DNA from: Patescibacteria group bacterium
Lineage (GTDB): Bacteria; Patescibacteriota; Patescibacteriia; Buchananbacterales; UBA6539
Assembly: GCA_041662625.1 (NCBI GenBank)
Contig: JBAZSB010000001.1
Span: 182,467-246,466 of the forward strand
Direction: 5' to 3'
Length of the DNA stretch: 64,000 nucleotides
Made by a program: the position numbers and the translations under genes. Shown one piece after another: positions 38,044-48,139 of this stretch; position 1 is the stretch's first letter, and every line of letters begins with the position of its first letter. The notes beneath the pieces are model-generated. The model searched no databases, was not told the DNA's origin, and saw nothing but the letters and a program-made list of their open reading frames with translations.

Positions 38044-38367
38044 TTATTTGATATTAAAAAGCTCATTAAAGCGCTGCTTGATTACTGATTTGATTTTTTC
38101 TTCAGAAACAAAGGTAGTCACAATCCCGGGCACTTCAGCTTCGCCGATTACTTCCTGGTCAGTGACAATCACCAGGCCGGAAAATTCCAAATCAAGAAAC
38201 ATCTTGGAGACCCCAAAAGAAAAACGCATGATATTATTTTCCCAGGTTTTTTCCGGGTCAATCACTGTAATGCCAGGAAATTTTTGTTTCATCATCTCGC
38301 TCAGGTAAGTGTCTATTTTTTTAATTGCTTCTTGTTGGGTAGTCTGATGTGGTAAAGTTAATCGCAT
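38044..38367 (-). CDS. Polyhydroxyalkanoic acid system (PHA_gran_rgn)-like small protein
   Basis: MRLTLPH..QEA..KI, W....MRFSF, G.VIV.D.EV pattern. Confidence 0.6.
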   Translation of the reverse strand: MRLTLPHQTTQQEAIKKIDTYLSEMMKQKFPGITVIDPEKTWENNIMRFSFGVSKMFLDLEFSGLVIVTDQEVIGEAEVPGIVTTFVSEEKIKSVIKQRFNELFNIK

Positions 38368-38386
38368 AGAATTTTTGTTTAAACCT

Positions 38387-38415
38387 TTGACAATTTTTTA
38401 AAATTAAGGTATAAC
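38387..38415 (+). promoter_or_regulatory. Sigma-70 promoter of small TM peptide gene
   Basis: TTGACA-17 nt-TATAAC. Confidence 0.6.
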
Positions 38416-38468
38416 AGAGTAATGATGAAATAGGTCTTTGTGGTGCTAACCAGAGAGGGGTAGCAATA

Positions 38469-38585
38469 ATGAACAATGATTCCGAAGGTAGCTTCTTGGC
38501 TAAGGTTTTAGTGGCGGCAATAATTGTCACCGCTGCGGCCTGGGTCTTCTACCAGATGATTTTGATGGGTCAAGGCAAACCCTAG
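38469..38585 (+). CDS. Small single-TM protein (38 aa)
   Basis: MNNDSEGSFLAKVLVAAIIVTAAAWVFYQMILMGQGKP; SD-like GAGAGGGG, promoter and terminator present. Confidence 0.6.
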   Translation: MNNDSEGSFLAKVLVAAIIVTAAAWVFYQMILMGQGKP

Positions 38586-38617
38586 TTGGCCAGCCCATTT
38601 TCCGCTTCCGTTTCCGC

Positions 38618-38645
38618 AACTCGGCTTTTGCCGAGTTTTCTTTTT
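38618..38645 (+). terminator. Rho-independent terminator
   Basis: AACTCGGC-tttt-GCCGAGTT followed by T-rich tail. Confidence 0.7.
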
Positions 38646-38650
38646 ATTAA

Positions 38651-39118
38651 TTATTTATACCACTGACAAACTCCAGTGACACAACCGCAGCTTAAGTTGT
38701 ATTTAGTCTCATCATAACAATCCTTCCATTCACAGGTGCTGGTAATACTTTCACTTTTACCGTGGCAAATCTGGCCAGAACAACCGCCGACCTTACAATC
38801 AGCATCGGTTTGGCATTCAACTTTAGTAGACCTACCACAAAAACCGCCAAGATTAGTGGTGTTACGAGTAGCTTTATTATCACCGCGGTATTGGTCAGCA
38901 TAGTCTGGGCAATATTCTTCCCACATTCGCATACATTTTTGCTGAGATGGGCACCAGGAATAGCCAGCGGCAGTCAAGCAGTCATGTTCATCCTTTTGGC
39001 CGCCAATAAGTTGATCATTGGTATTATTGTTAGGAGGAATGACTGGAGTTTTAGCACAGCCGGCTAAGATAAAAACCGCGCTTAAAATTAGTGTGGAGAG
39101 TAAAAGTGTTTTTTTCAT
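38651..39118 (-). CDS. Cys-rich lipoprotein with eight-cysteine-cluster domain
   Basis: Lipobox LAGC; GGQKDEHDCLTAAGYSWC; FCG.ST..C.TD.DC..GGCSGQIC...CEW.DCY...CGC..G.CQW. Confidence 0.75.
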   Translation of the reverse strand: MKKTLLLSTLILSAVFILAGCAKTPVIPPNNNTNDQLIGGQKDEHDCLTAAGYSWCPSQQKCMRMWEEYCPDYADQYRGDNKATRNTTNLGGFCGRSTKVECQTDADCKVGGCSGQICHGKSESITSTCEWKDCYDETKYNLSCGCVTGVCQWYK

Positions 39119-40242
39119 AGTCTTCCCCTTTTAATTGCCTGACGAATCTCAGACATTAAGGATAAGTAAAAATTCAAATTATTCAGTGTTGCCAGCCTCA
39201 TTCCCAGCGGCTCATTAGTTTTTAATAAATGATGCAAGTAGGCCTTAGAGTATTGTTTCAGATTGGTGTTGTTGATTGGCGATAAATCAGACTTGTATTT
39301 GGCGTTGGTGATGTTGATGGTTTTATAAAAGCTTTGAACCTTGAACAATGAACTTTGAACTTGCTTGTTCTTAGTTCCAAGTTCTAAGTTCTTAGTTTTC
39401 CAAAGATACAGCCGTCCGTGTCTGGCTTCCCTGGTCGGAATAACGCAGTCAAACATGTCGATCCCCTGCTTGACCGCGGCAACAATTTCTTCCGGTTTTC
39501 CTAGCCCCATTAAGTAACGGGGTTTATTTTCGGGCAAATGTGGCATTACCCAGTTTAAAATCTGTTTCATTTTCTCGCGCGGTTCACCAACCGCTACCCC
39601 TCCAATGGCATAACCATCAAAGTTAAGGGCGGTAATTTCTTTTACTGATTGTAAACGTAGATCTTTGTAGATTCCGCCTTGGATGATGCCGAAGAGCTTT
39701 GGGCTGTGAGCTTTGGGCTGTGAGCTTTCTTTGCATCGTTTGGCCCAGCGAGTAGTTCTTTCCATTGCTTCTTTAACTTTGTTTTTTGTTGCTGGGTAGC
39801 CAATGACTTCATCTAAAACCATGGCAATATCAACGCCTAAATCTTTTTGAATCTGAATTGATTTTTCTGGTGTTAAAAAATATTTTTTGCCACTTTGCGG
39901 ATCGGCGAACTCTACTCCTTTCTCGGTAACTTTTCTGAGGTTAGCCAGGGAGAATACCTGAAAACCGCCGGAATCAGTTAGAATTGGTCTGGGCCAGTTC
40001 ATAAACTGATGTAATCCCCCGCTTTTTTTAACCAATTTTTCTCCTGGTGCTAGTAACAAATGATAAGTATTGGCCAAAATAATCTGGGCACCAAGACTGT
40101 GCAGTTCAGCAGAATCAAGATTTTTAACTGCACCTTTGGTGGCAATCGGCATAAAAAAAGGACCCATAATGTCCCCGTGTGAGGTTGCAATTTTAGTTAG
40201 TCGAGCTTTAGTGTGGCTAGATTTTTTTAATATTTTAAACAT
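39115..40242 (-). CDS. tgt: tRNA-guanine transglycosylase
   Basis: FMPIATKG, LANTYHL, LTDSGGFQ, GIIQGG, PRYLMG, DMFDCVIPTR; start placed at ATG 40242; Zn-binding Cys cluster not seen. Confidence 0.95.
   Translation of the reverse strand: MFKILKKSSHTKARLTKIATSHGDIMGPFFMPIATKGAVKNLDSAELHSLGAQIILANTYHLLLAPGEKLVKKSGGLHQFMNWPRPILTDSGGFQVFSLANLRKVTEKGVEFADPQSGKKYFLTPEKSIQIQKDLGVDIAMVLDEVIGYPATKNKVKEAMERTTRWAKRCKESSQPKAHSPKLFGIIQGGIYKDLRLQSVKEITALNFDGYAIGGVAVGEPREKMKQILNWVMPHLPENKPRYLMGLGKPEEIVAAVKQGIDMFDCVIPTREARHGRLYLWKTKNLELGTKNKQVQSSLFKVQSFYKTINITNAKYKSDLSPINNTNLKQYSKAYLHHLLKTNEPLGMRLATLNNLNFYLSLMSEIRQAIKRGRL
39334..39397. repeat. Heptamer-periodic palindrome inside tgt (in frame)
   Basis: TTGAACC TTGAACA ATGAACT TTGAACT / GTTCTTA GTTCCAA GTTCTAA GTTCTTA. 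Confidence 0.8.
39694..39728. repeat. Heptamer tandem repeat inside tgt
   Basis: GAGCTTT GGGCTGT GAGCTTT GGGCTGT GAGCTTT. Confidence 0.8.
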
Positions 40243-40246
40243 AAAA

Positions 40247-40316
40247 AGAATCAAGGTTTAAGAATTAAGAATCAAGGTTAGTATTCCTTGATTCATGATT
40301 CTTGATTCTTAATTCT
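40247..40316. repeat. Heptamer-periodic palindrome immediately upstream of tgt
   Basis: AGAATCA AGGTTTA AGAATTA AGAATCA / TGATTCA TGATTCT TGATTCT TAATTCT. Confidence 0.8.
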
Positions 40317-40322
40317 GCAATT

Positions 40323-42236
40323 TTACTCAGTGATATCGATGACTAACCCTCGGCCGCCGCCGATTGGGTCATCCTCGAGGTTGGAAGTGACCGATTTGCC
40401 GGTTTTGTTAATCTCCGAATCAGTGCTTTGGTCGGTTGCCTTAAAGTAAGTTTGATCCGTTAGAATTAATAATTTTCTAACTTGTTGCTGGGTTGGCGTA
40501 ACGGAAACATCAAACCAGGCATTTATTTCATTAAAACCTTTGTCCGGCGGGATCCGATTGATCTGCCAGCTGATTTTGCGATCTTTGGCGCTGTAACTGA
40601 TTTCTCCGGCTTTAGCCAAAAATTTATTGGCCCATTCAACTCCTGCTGGCAGGACCGTACTGACTTCGACATCTTTTACTTCATGAAGACTGTTGGCTAA
40701 ATACCAATAGATGCGAAAAGTAGTTTTTTGGCCAACAACCGGTGGTAAGGGGCCAGTGCCAACAGCAATATTATCGTCATCAAAGTAACGGCCCTCAATT
40801 TTTAATTGAATATCAGTATTAATATTATTAGTAATTTCATCACCCGAAATTGTTAAATCTTCAACGGTCAGGTCGCCGATTTTTGTCATCGTGGCTGTGG
40901 CCTTACTGATAACTTGGAGTGAAGCATTATCCATATCAATATCTTGGGCTTCCTTGACCTGAATTGAAAAATCGATTGTTCCTTCGTCTAGCGGCCTGAC
41001 CAAATCCAATTCCGAAATTTGGTCTTTACTCCAAGTAATTTTATTACCATCAATTGTTCCCGAATGTTTATCGTCTAAAGTTTCCCAATCTAAGATATCG
41101 GAATCCAAAGTTACAGAAAAAGAAACATCGTCGAGGTCTTTTTGACCTAAATTTTTATAGACAACGGAATAAGTTAGAATTTGGCCAAAATTAATCGGTT
41201 GATCCTGGTTTGAGGCATTAATAATAAGATTAAGATCTAAATTTGGTTTAATAATCTGGGTAATGATTGATTTCTCTTGTTGGAGGGAAAATTCTTCATC
41301 CGTTTCCCCCAGAAAGCCGATTTGGACTTTAAAATTAGCTTCCGGCGCTTGGTCATCAGCCAGATAACCACCAGTGATTTCGATTTCCCCTTCTTGTTTT
41401 TTTTCTAAATTTTCAATCAGCCATTGATTATTTAAATTACGAGCATCTTCTTCTTGATGAAAAGGTTCCGGTTTTGATTCTTGAAAAATAAAATTGGCTG
41501 GATAAACAGCAAAGATTTTAATTTTTGTTAAATCTTGTTCAGAATTATTGCGGTAAGAAATTTTGTAAGTTGCCTTTTTTTCCGGTAAAATTTGCTCTGG
41601 CCCAGAAATATTAATTTCTAAAATTGAAGAAGTAATTTGGCAGCTGAAAGAAGTGGTTTCTTTAAAAGAGGAACTAAAATTTTCGGGCTGGAAGGTGGCA
41701 GTCGCATTGATCGTTTTAATTGAACCAACTTCGCCGATTAATTTTCCTTTGATTTCAATTTTACCGTTATCCCCTCGTGCCAGGTTACCTAATTTCCATG
41801 ATGACTTTGAATCATCATTTGGCTCCGGTGTTGCTGAAATGAATTCAAAGCCATCCGGGTAACGAAAAATAATTTCTAAATTGTTTAAATTAGTTTTCTC
41901 TATATTTTTATATTCTAAAACATAGGTTACCTCATCACCGGAAGCAATGCTTTGTTGGCTTTTTATTTCAAGCTTAATACTTTTATTTGAGAAAACTTCA
42001 CCTGGATTAAAAATAATAAATCCTAGCCAGCTAATGGCTGCCAGTAATAAAATTATGCCCAAAAAACTGATGAGAAATATTTTGAGGCGGCCCTTTCTTT
42101 TTACTTCCAAATGGGAAATATCAGGCAGACTACCATCTCTATTGCTATAAATATTCATCAATCCTTTGCGGATAATTAAATCATCTTTTCTAGCTTTGTC
42201 TTCTCTTTGGAGATCTTTTAATCTTTCTGGTTTCAT
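40323..42236 (-). CDS. Membrane-anchored protein with repeated DUF11/Ig-like domains
   Basis: TM then repeated GD.VTY...Y.N...L.N..I...P..F.F....P modules; GPLPPVVGQKTTFRIYW. Confidence 0.72.
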   Translation of the reverse strand: MKPERLKDLQREDKARKDDLIIRKGLMNIYSNRDGSLPDISHLEVKRKGRLKIFLISFLGIILLLAAISWLGFIIFNPGEVFSNKSIKLEIKSQQSIASGDEVTYVLEYKNIEKTNLNNLEIIFRYPDGFEFISATPEPNDDSKSSWKLGNLARGDNGKIEIKGKLIGEVGSIKTINATATFQPENFSSSFKETTSFSCQITSSILEINISGPEQILPEKKATYKISYRNNSEQDLTKIKIFAVYPANFIFQESKPEPFHQEEDARNLNNQWLIENLEKKQEGEIEITGGYLADDQAPEANFKVQIGFLGETDEEFSLQQEKSIITQIIKPNLDLNLIINASNQDQPINFGQILTYSVVYKNLGQKDLDDVSFSVTLDSDILDWETLDDKHSGTIDGNKITWSKDQISELDLVRPLDEGTIDFSIQVKEAQDIDMDNASLQVISKATATMTKIGDLTVEDLTISGDEITNNINTDIQLKIEGRYFDDDNIAVGTGPLPPVVGQKTTFRIYWYLANSLHEVKDVEVSTVLPAGVEWANKFLAKAGEISYSAKDRKISWQINRIPPDKGFNEINAWFDVSVTPTQQQVRKLLILTDQTYFKATDQSTDSEINKTGKSVTSNLEDDPIGGGRGLVIDITE

Positions 42237-42237
42237 A

Positions 42238-44703
42238 TTATTTATTAATTAAAACTACCCCATAAAATTGATCAGTAGTAAGGATAGCACTAAAAATAGT
42301 TCCACTTTCATTGCCTGGCAAATCGGCCGGGAATTTCGCTAAAGGTTGCAATTTATCATTTAATCTTAAATAGCTTTTAAATTCACTGCCGATACTACCC
42401 AATTGTTTTTGGGCTAGCAGACTATAATAAAAGGTATTTTGGCCTTCCAGAGCTAATTTGAAGGGCAGGCGGTATTTGATAGTGGTCTCTTGAACTTCAC
42501 CCGGTTTAAGCTGGAGCCAGTTGCCAAATACGGTTTTGCCTTTTTCTTTGTAAATATCGGTGTCACTTTTTTCATCTTTCGTATGTTCAGTTTCAATACT
42601 AATTAAATCTAAGTCCTTTTGATAATCAGGGGCGGGTTTTTCAAAAAGTTCAGCTGGCGGAGACTTAAATCCCTCAGCACTCATAAGCGTGCTGCCTAAG
42701 GGTACATAGAATCGGACATAACTATTATTTTGAACACCGGTAAAAATATTATCCCCCTTTATTCCGGTATGGCGACGGATTAGTTTGACCGTATTAATGA
42801 TTGAGCCATCCTCTTGAATTTCGGCCTGGTGCTCAATAGTTTCTTTAATCACCCGATCGGTTTTTGCTCCGGCAATATTACTTTGAACTACTGATAAATA
42901 ATCACCCTCAGTTTGTCTAAGCTCACCTGCCCAGCCAAATTGCTTGATTAGTTCTTCTGTTTTTTGATCATTAAAGTAAACTAAAAATTGTTTTTCGTTT
43001 AATTCTTGCTTTAAAGCATCAACCAATTTTCCAATTTCTTCGCTATTGGCATTGAAAACTCTTTCTAAGAGCTTGGGGGCTAGGTCAGCAATAAATTGTT
43101 TTGGTCGATTCTCTTCTTTGTCATATTCCAGCTCAACAATTTTTTGGGTTTCTTCAACAAAGTTGGCGCTGGTAATATCCCGGCCGTATTCCGGCATGCT
43201 AATCGGCCCAAAGATTTCCAGGAGTTTTTCCATAAAAGTCGAAGTGATAGTGATTACTCCGTCAACGCTTGGACCGCCAGCATTCTGGTAAAACCATTCT
43301 ATTTTTTCCGCCGTCGCTGGATAGTCTGGCCACCAATTGGCATCCTGAAATTCCCAGCGCGAGTTAATCAGATGAAGAGGCTCCGGTGAAATCACCTTTG
43401 GTATTAATTGACCTTGAATGGCGTAAGTGCCGCCTCCCGGTATTTCTATTTTTTTAATTTCTCCGCGATCAATATCCAGTAAGGCAAAGCTACCCATAAA
43501 ACCGCCGCCACCCCGCAGTTCATTGTTATTAAGAAATATTACAAGATAACGTTGCCATTGATTGGCGCCAAGGACTTTTAGTAAGGTATTATTAATATCA
43601 TAAAGTTCGATTAAGCCTTCTTTAATAGTTGGTAGATAACTCAGAACTTTTTCAAATGACTCGCGGTGTTCGGGAGGTAAATCACTAACTTGAATGCTTT
43701 TTATTTTCTCTTCAGCCTCATTAAATTGGGTGATAATTTTATTCAAATCCAGTCTAAATTCAGATAAAGAATTGTAATAATCTTTAATGCTGCTGCTGGT
43801 AACAAATTTTTGGCCGCTATTAATTAAAATTTGACCAGTATCAGCGACGATTTCTCCGGCGGCCAATAAATTCATTCCGGCTGCCACCGATTGACTCTGA
43901 CCCGGTAAAAGCTTCAGGATTTCGCTAGTTAAAACACTTAAGGCATTAATTTCTTTTTGGGCTAAAGCAAATTCTTCTTTGGCTTGATTGAATTTTAAAT
44001 TTGCTCCGGCTAAATCGAGGTTAACTGCCGCTTGCTGGCCGGATTTAAGGCTTTCGATTGCTTCGTTAGTAATTAGGAGAATTTTATCCCTGGTGTCTTG
44101 TAGATTTTGGTAGTAAGTGAAAGCCTGCAGTGGTAAAACTAAGAGTATTGTTAAAACGGCAAAAACTGCCAATTTTTTGTACCAATATTTGGGGAGAGAA
44201 AGATTTAGAAGTTGTTTTTGTGGCGTTGGCGCAAAAATATCTTCGATTTCTTCTTCTGTTTCTGTTTCGGTATTTTTTGGTTCTGTTTTTTTGTTGGAAG
44301 CTTCTTTTTTTTCCGGCGAAGATACCTTGGGATAAGGAATGTTGATCAATGAATCGTTACTAGAAATAAAATTAACTCCCATCTTTTTAGTATTAGTTAT
44401 AATCGGCTTGGGAGTTTTAGTTGGAATTTTAGGTTGAATTTTTGGTTTAGTGGCTAGAAGCTGATTCACTTGGTTATTTTGGTCGCTAAATAACTCACGA
44501 TGAGGGTTTTTTAGATTAATAACAAATGGTGATTTTTGTTTTGCCTCATTTTTTATGGTTATCGTTGATTCTGATATTTCATTTTTGAAGTTACAATTTT
44601 TTAATTCGGCATTAACCAAAATTTCAGCCTGGGCGGCTGTTTTTTTAGTTTTAGTTATTTTTTTTGTTTCGCTTAAGCCTTTTTTATTTTTTGCCGGTGG
44701 CAT
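42238..44703 (-). CDS. DUF4012 domain membrane protein
   Basis: YLVIFLNNNELRGGGGFMGSFA, DANWWPDYP, VDGVI, NIAGAKTD, YVRFYVPLGS. Confidence 0.85.
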   Translation of the reverse strand: MPPAKNKKGLSETKKITKTKKTAAQAEILVNAELKNCNFKNEISESTITIKNEAKQKSPFVINLKNPHRELFSDQNNQVNQLLATKPKIQPKIPTKTPKPIITNTKKMGVNFISSNDSLINIPYPKVSSPEKKEASNKKTEPKNTETETEEEIEDIFAPTPQKQLLNLSLPKYWYKKLAVFAVLTILLVLPLQAFTYYQNLQDTRDKILLITNEAIESLKSGQQAAVNLDLAGANLKFNQAKEEFALAQKEINALSVLTSEILKLLPGQSQSVAAGMNLLAAGEIVADTGQILINSGQKFVTSSSIKDYYNSLSEFRLDLNKIITQFNEAEEKIKSIQVSDLPPEHRESFEKVLSYLPTIKEGLIELYDINNTLLKVLGANQWQRYLVIFLNNNELRGGGGFMGSFALLDIDRGEIKKIEIPGGGTYAIQGQLIPKVISPEPLHLINSRWEFQDANWWPDYPATAEKIEWFYQNAGGPSVDGVITITSTFMEKLLEIFGPISMPEYGRDITSANFVEETQKIVELEYDKEENRPKQFIADLAPKLLERVFNANSEEIGKLVDALKQELNEKQFLVYFNDQKTEELIKQFGWAGELRQTEGDYLSVVQSNIAGAKTDRVIKETIEHQAEIQEDGSIINTVKLIRRHTGIKGDNIFTGVQNNSYVRFYVPLGSTLMSAEGFKSPPAELFEKPAPDYQKDLDLISIETEHTKDEKSDTDIYKEKGKTVFGNWLQLKPGEVQETTIKYRLPFKLALEGQNTFYYSLLAQKQLGSIGSEFKSYLRLNDKLQPLAKFPADLPGNESGTIFSAILTTDQFYGVVLINK

Positions 44704-44751
44704 TTTATTAGTGAAATTTTAGGATAAAACGCTAGTTAATTATACCATAAA

Positions 44752-45870
44752 TTACTGAGATTGGTAAATTGCAAGTGTTTCCTGGGCACATTTTTGCCAG
44801 CTATATTTTTTTATCTGCTCTAAACCACGAGTTTTTAACTTTTGATATAGTATTTGATCAGTTAGGACTTGGTTTGCTACCTTGGCAATTTCTTGGGGAT
44901 TGTGCGGATCAAAGTAAATTGCTGAATCAGCCAATATCTCAGGGAGGCTGGTTGAACCAGAAGCAATTACTGGTGTCCCGCAAGCCAGCGACTCTAAGGC
45001 AACCAGACCAAAGCCCTCGCAGAAGGAAGGCAAAATAAAGAGACTGGCGGCACTATAAACTAAAGGTAAGTCATTATCCGCAATAAAACCCGGGAGAATG
45101 ATATCTGATTTAAAATTTGATTTTTCAATCAACTCTTTAGCCTCTGGGTAGCAGGGATCAGGTTGACCAGCTAAAACCAATTGATAGTCCAGCTGATATT
45201 CAGATTTTATAATTTCGAAAGCTTTGATTAAGTTTGGCAAATTTTTATGGTCGCGCCAGACGCCAACATAAAAAATGAATGGTTTAGAAATTCGGAATTT
45301 ATTTTTTATTTTTTTTAAGGATTCTGAGTCTGACGTAACTTTAAAAGTTTGGTCAACGCCTAGATAGATTGTTTCGATCTTTTGGGCTGGAGCCTTAAAA
45401 AAATCAACCAGGTTTTTTTTGGTATGGTTTGAATTGCTGATAATCTTTTTAGCTTTTTTTAAACCAGTACGAAAAACTATTTCATAGCCCCATTTTCTAA
45501 TTATCGAATCTTTAACACGTGGTCCGGGATAAAATTTAGGGGTAATATCATGGATTGTCAGAATGAATTTTTTAGGATAAAAAATTGGAATATTAAACTG
45601 GGGAAAATGGACCAAATCTAACTTTTGGCTCAATAAAACTTTAGGTAATTCGAATTGCTCTGACCAGCTATACCAGCCTGATTTAACCTTGATTTTTTTG
45701 ACCCGGTCATTTGGCACCTGAAATTTTGAATAAGCCGGATCCAGCATTAGTAGAATATACTCATTTTTTTGGTCAATTTTAAAAAGTTGATCAGTTAAAT
45801 TTTTAATATAGGCCCCAATACCAGTAGTCGCTTCGGCGCCATACATTCGAGCGTCAATTCCAATTCGCAT
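44752..45870 (-). CDS. GT4 family glycosyltransferase
   Basis: MRIGIDAR, TIHD, HKNL, EGFGLVALESLACGTPV. Confidence 0.92.
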   Translation of the reverse strand: MRIGIDARMYGAEATTGIGAYIKNLTDQLFKIDQKNEYILLMLDPAYSKFQVPNDRVKKIKVKSGWYSWSEQFELPKVLLSQKLDLVHFPQFNIPIFYPKKFILTIHDITPKFYPGPRVKDSIIRKWGYEIVFRTGLKKAKKIISNSNHTKKNLVDFFKAPAQKIETIYLGVDQTFKVTSDSESLKKIKNKFRISKPFIFYVGVWRDHKNLPNLIKAFEIIKSEYQLDYQLVLAGQPDPCYPEAKELIEKSNFKSDIILPGFIADNDLPLVYSAASLFILPSFCEGFGLVALESLACGTPVIASGSTSLPEILADSAIYFDPHNPQEIAKVANQVLTDQILYQKLKTRGLEQIKKYSWQKCAQETLAIYQSQ

Positions 45871-45871
45871 A

Positions 45872-46993
45872 TTAAAGATTATTGATTATTTCTAAGATTT
45901 CCCCGGCCGCTTTTTGCCAGGTAAATTTTTGGCAATGTTTTAATCCCCTTTCTTTTAATAAATTCTGTAATTTTTCATCAGCCAAGAGTTGGTTTATCGT
46001 TTCGGTCAGTTCATTCCAATTATTTTGGTCAATCAGTAGGCCGGCTTTGTCGACTGCTTCCACTAAAGAAGAATTAAAGCTGGTAATAACCGGGGTACCG
46101 CAAGCCATTGCCTCAAGCGGAGGCAGACCGAAACCTTCGTAGATAGAAGGGTAAATAAATATTTTGGCTAAAGAATATAAAGCTGGTTTATCGGCCGCCT
46201 CAACATAACCAAGAAATTTAATTCTTTTTTTCGCTGGTGATTGCTGCCAGAGTTTATAAATTCTTTTATATTTCCAGGCTTGACCGCCAGCAATTACTAA
46301 TTTTAAAGAGTCATTTTTCAAATTTTGGAAAGCTAAAATCAAAGTTTCTATATTTTTTCTTGGTTCCAAATTACCTAGATAGAAAATGAAATCATCTGGG
46401 ACATTATATTTGTCTCTCACCTTTTGTTTTTCTCCTTCTGTTATCGACTGATAAAACATTTCATTAATTCCCTGATAGATAACTTTAATTTTATTCGGAT
46501 CAGTTCGGTAAATTTTTATGATATCATTTTTGGTATTTTCTGAAATCGCAATTATTACGTCAGCTTGTTGGCAAAGTTTTTTGGGATTAATCAGATGGTG
46601 CCAAAGCCGTTTTTTGAAAGTAAAGAACTCGGGATAAAGCTCAAATGATAAATCATGAACAACCAGAATTTTTTTGCAATCAGAAGAAAGATTAGTAAAC
46701 AAAAAACTCGGGGTCAGAAATATATCAACGCCGCCGATCATTTTATCAATAGTTTTGAATTTCAAGAAACGAATCCCGAGGTTAAAAATTTTATTTGGAT
46801 ATCTGAACCCTTTATAATTTACATTCGGGAAATCGAATTTAGGAACCTTTGTTGCCTTGGCGGTATTATAAAATAAAAAATATTGATTTTGGTGATCAAT
46901 CTTCAAAAGATGATAGATTAAATTATAAGTATATTCGCCGATACCGGAATAATAAGCTTCAGTTAAACAGCGGATATCAATGCCAATCTTCAT
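45872..46993 (-). CDS. GT4 family glycosyltransferase
   Basis: EPRKN, YEGFGLPPLEAMACGTPV. Confidence 0.92.
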   Translation of the reverse strand: MKIGIDIRCLTEAYYSGIGEYTYNLIYHLLKIDHQNQYFLFYNTAKATKVPKFDFPNVNYKGFRYPNKIFNLGIRFLKFKTIDKMIGGVDIFLTPSFLFTNLSSDCKKILVVHDLSFELYPEFFTFKKRLWHHLINPKKLCQQADVIIAISENTKNDIIKIYRTDPNKIKVIYQGINEMFYQSITEGEKQKVRDKYNVPDDFIFYLGNLEPRKNIETLILAFQNLKNDSLKLVIAGGQAWKYKRIYKLWQQSPAKKRIKFLGYVEAADKPALYSLAKIFIYPSIYEGFGLPPLEAMACGTPVITSFNSSLVEAVDKAGLLIDQNNWNELTETINQLLADEKLQNLLKERGLKHCQKFTWQKAAGEILEIINNL

Positions 46994-47020
46994 GAGTTAG
47001 TAATCAATGGTAAATTATTT

Positions 47021-48139
47021 TTAGGCCTGGCATTTAATCTGCGAACTTTTGAGTTTTTCCCATTCAGCTTCAATTAAATCAATGATTTCCTTTTCAAATC
47101 TTTCAACCCCAAATTGTTCGGCATAATTTTTTATAGTGATTGGGTTGTAGTCTTCTGGCTTAAATCTTACGATAGTATCAGCTAATGCTTCCCAAGTTTG
47201 CTCGTCAAAAAATTTTCCAGTTTTTTTCTCAACTACGGTTTCACAAGCCCCCCCCGCCGCATAGGCAATCACCGGCCGCCCGGCAGCCATTGATTCTACA
47301 GCGGTCAGGCCAAAATCCTCAATTTGAGGATGAATGAAGGCAATGGCTTGGCTATAAAGTTGGTTTAGTTCTTTTTGGCTTATTTTACCTAAAAATTCAA
47401 TGTTAGTTTTGGCTAGCTCCTTTAGTTTTTTTTCTTCTGGTCCGGTGCCAAAAATTTTAAGCGGAATTCCCAAGCGGTTGAAAGCTTGGATGGTTAAATC
47501 AAATTTTTTATAAGCGACAAGGCGGCCGCCGGTTAAGAAATATTTACCAACTTTTTCGGCGATTTTAAATTGCCCGGTCTCAACCGGCGGATGAATAATA
47601 ATACTTTCCCGGCGGTAATACTTTTTAATGCGGTCAGAAACATTTTTTGAATTAGCAATAAAATAGTCAACTCGTTGGGCCGCTAATTGATCCCAACTTC
47701 TTAAGCGGGTTAAAATTGGCGGAATCAGTTTTTTGATTAGCCGATTGTATTTTAATTCTTCCAGATAGCGGTGAGTATCTGACCAGAGATAGCGGGTGGG
47801 GGTATGGCAATAGCAGAAATGTAATGTATTAGAGCGAGTAATTACCCCTTTGGCCATCGCCGAGCAGCTCGATAAAACAATATCATACTCCATTAAATCG
47901 TAACTTTCGGTTGCTGTCGGCATAACGGGTAAAAACCATTGATAATGTTTTAAGGCGCCCGGCCAATTCTGTAAAAAAGAAGTTTGAATATTTTTATCTT
48001 TAAAAATCTGGCCGAGTTTTGCCTGGTCATAAAGTAAGGTATAAGTTGGCGCTTCTGGCCAAATTTTTTGAAAAATTTGAAGCACTCTTTCCGCGCCGCC
48101 TTCTTGAATAAGATGATCGTGAATTAAGGCAATTTTCAT
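47021..48139 (-). CDS. GT4 family glycosyltransferase (WbaZ-like mannosyltransferase)
   Basis: HDHL..GGAERVL, YCHTPTRYLW, EDFGLTAVESMAAGRPV. Confidence 0.9.
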   Translation of the reverse strand: MKIALIHDHLIQEGGAERVLQIFQKIWPEAPTYTLLYDQAKLGQIFKDKNIQTSFLQNWPGALKHYQWFLPVMPTATESYDLMEYDIVLSSCSAMAKGVITRSNTLHFCYCHTPTRYLWSDTHRYLEELKYNRLIKKLIPPILTRLRSWDQLAAQRVDYFIANSKNVSDRIKKYYRRESIIIHPPVETGQFKIAEKVGKYFLTGGRLVAYKKFDLTIQAFNRLGIPLKIFGTGPEEKKLKELAKTNIEFLGKISQKELNQLYSQAIAFIHPQIEDFGLTAVESMAAGRPVIAYAAGGACETVVEKKTGKFFDEQTWEALADTIVRFKPEDYNPITIKNYAEQFGVERFEKEIIDLIEAEWEKLKSSQIKCQA

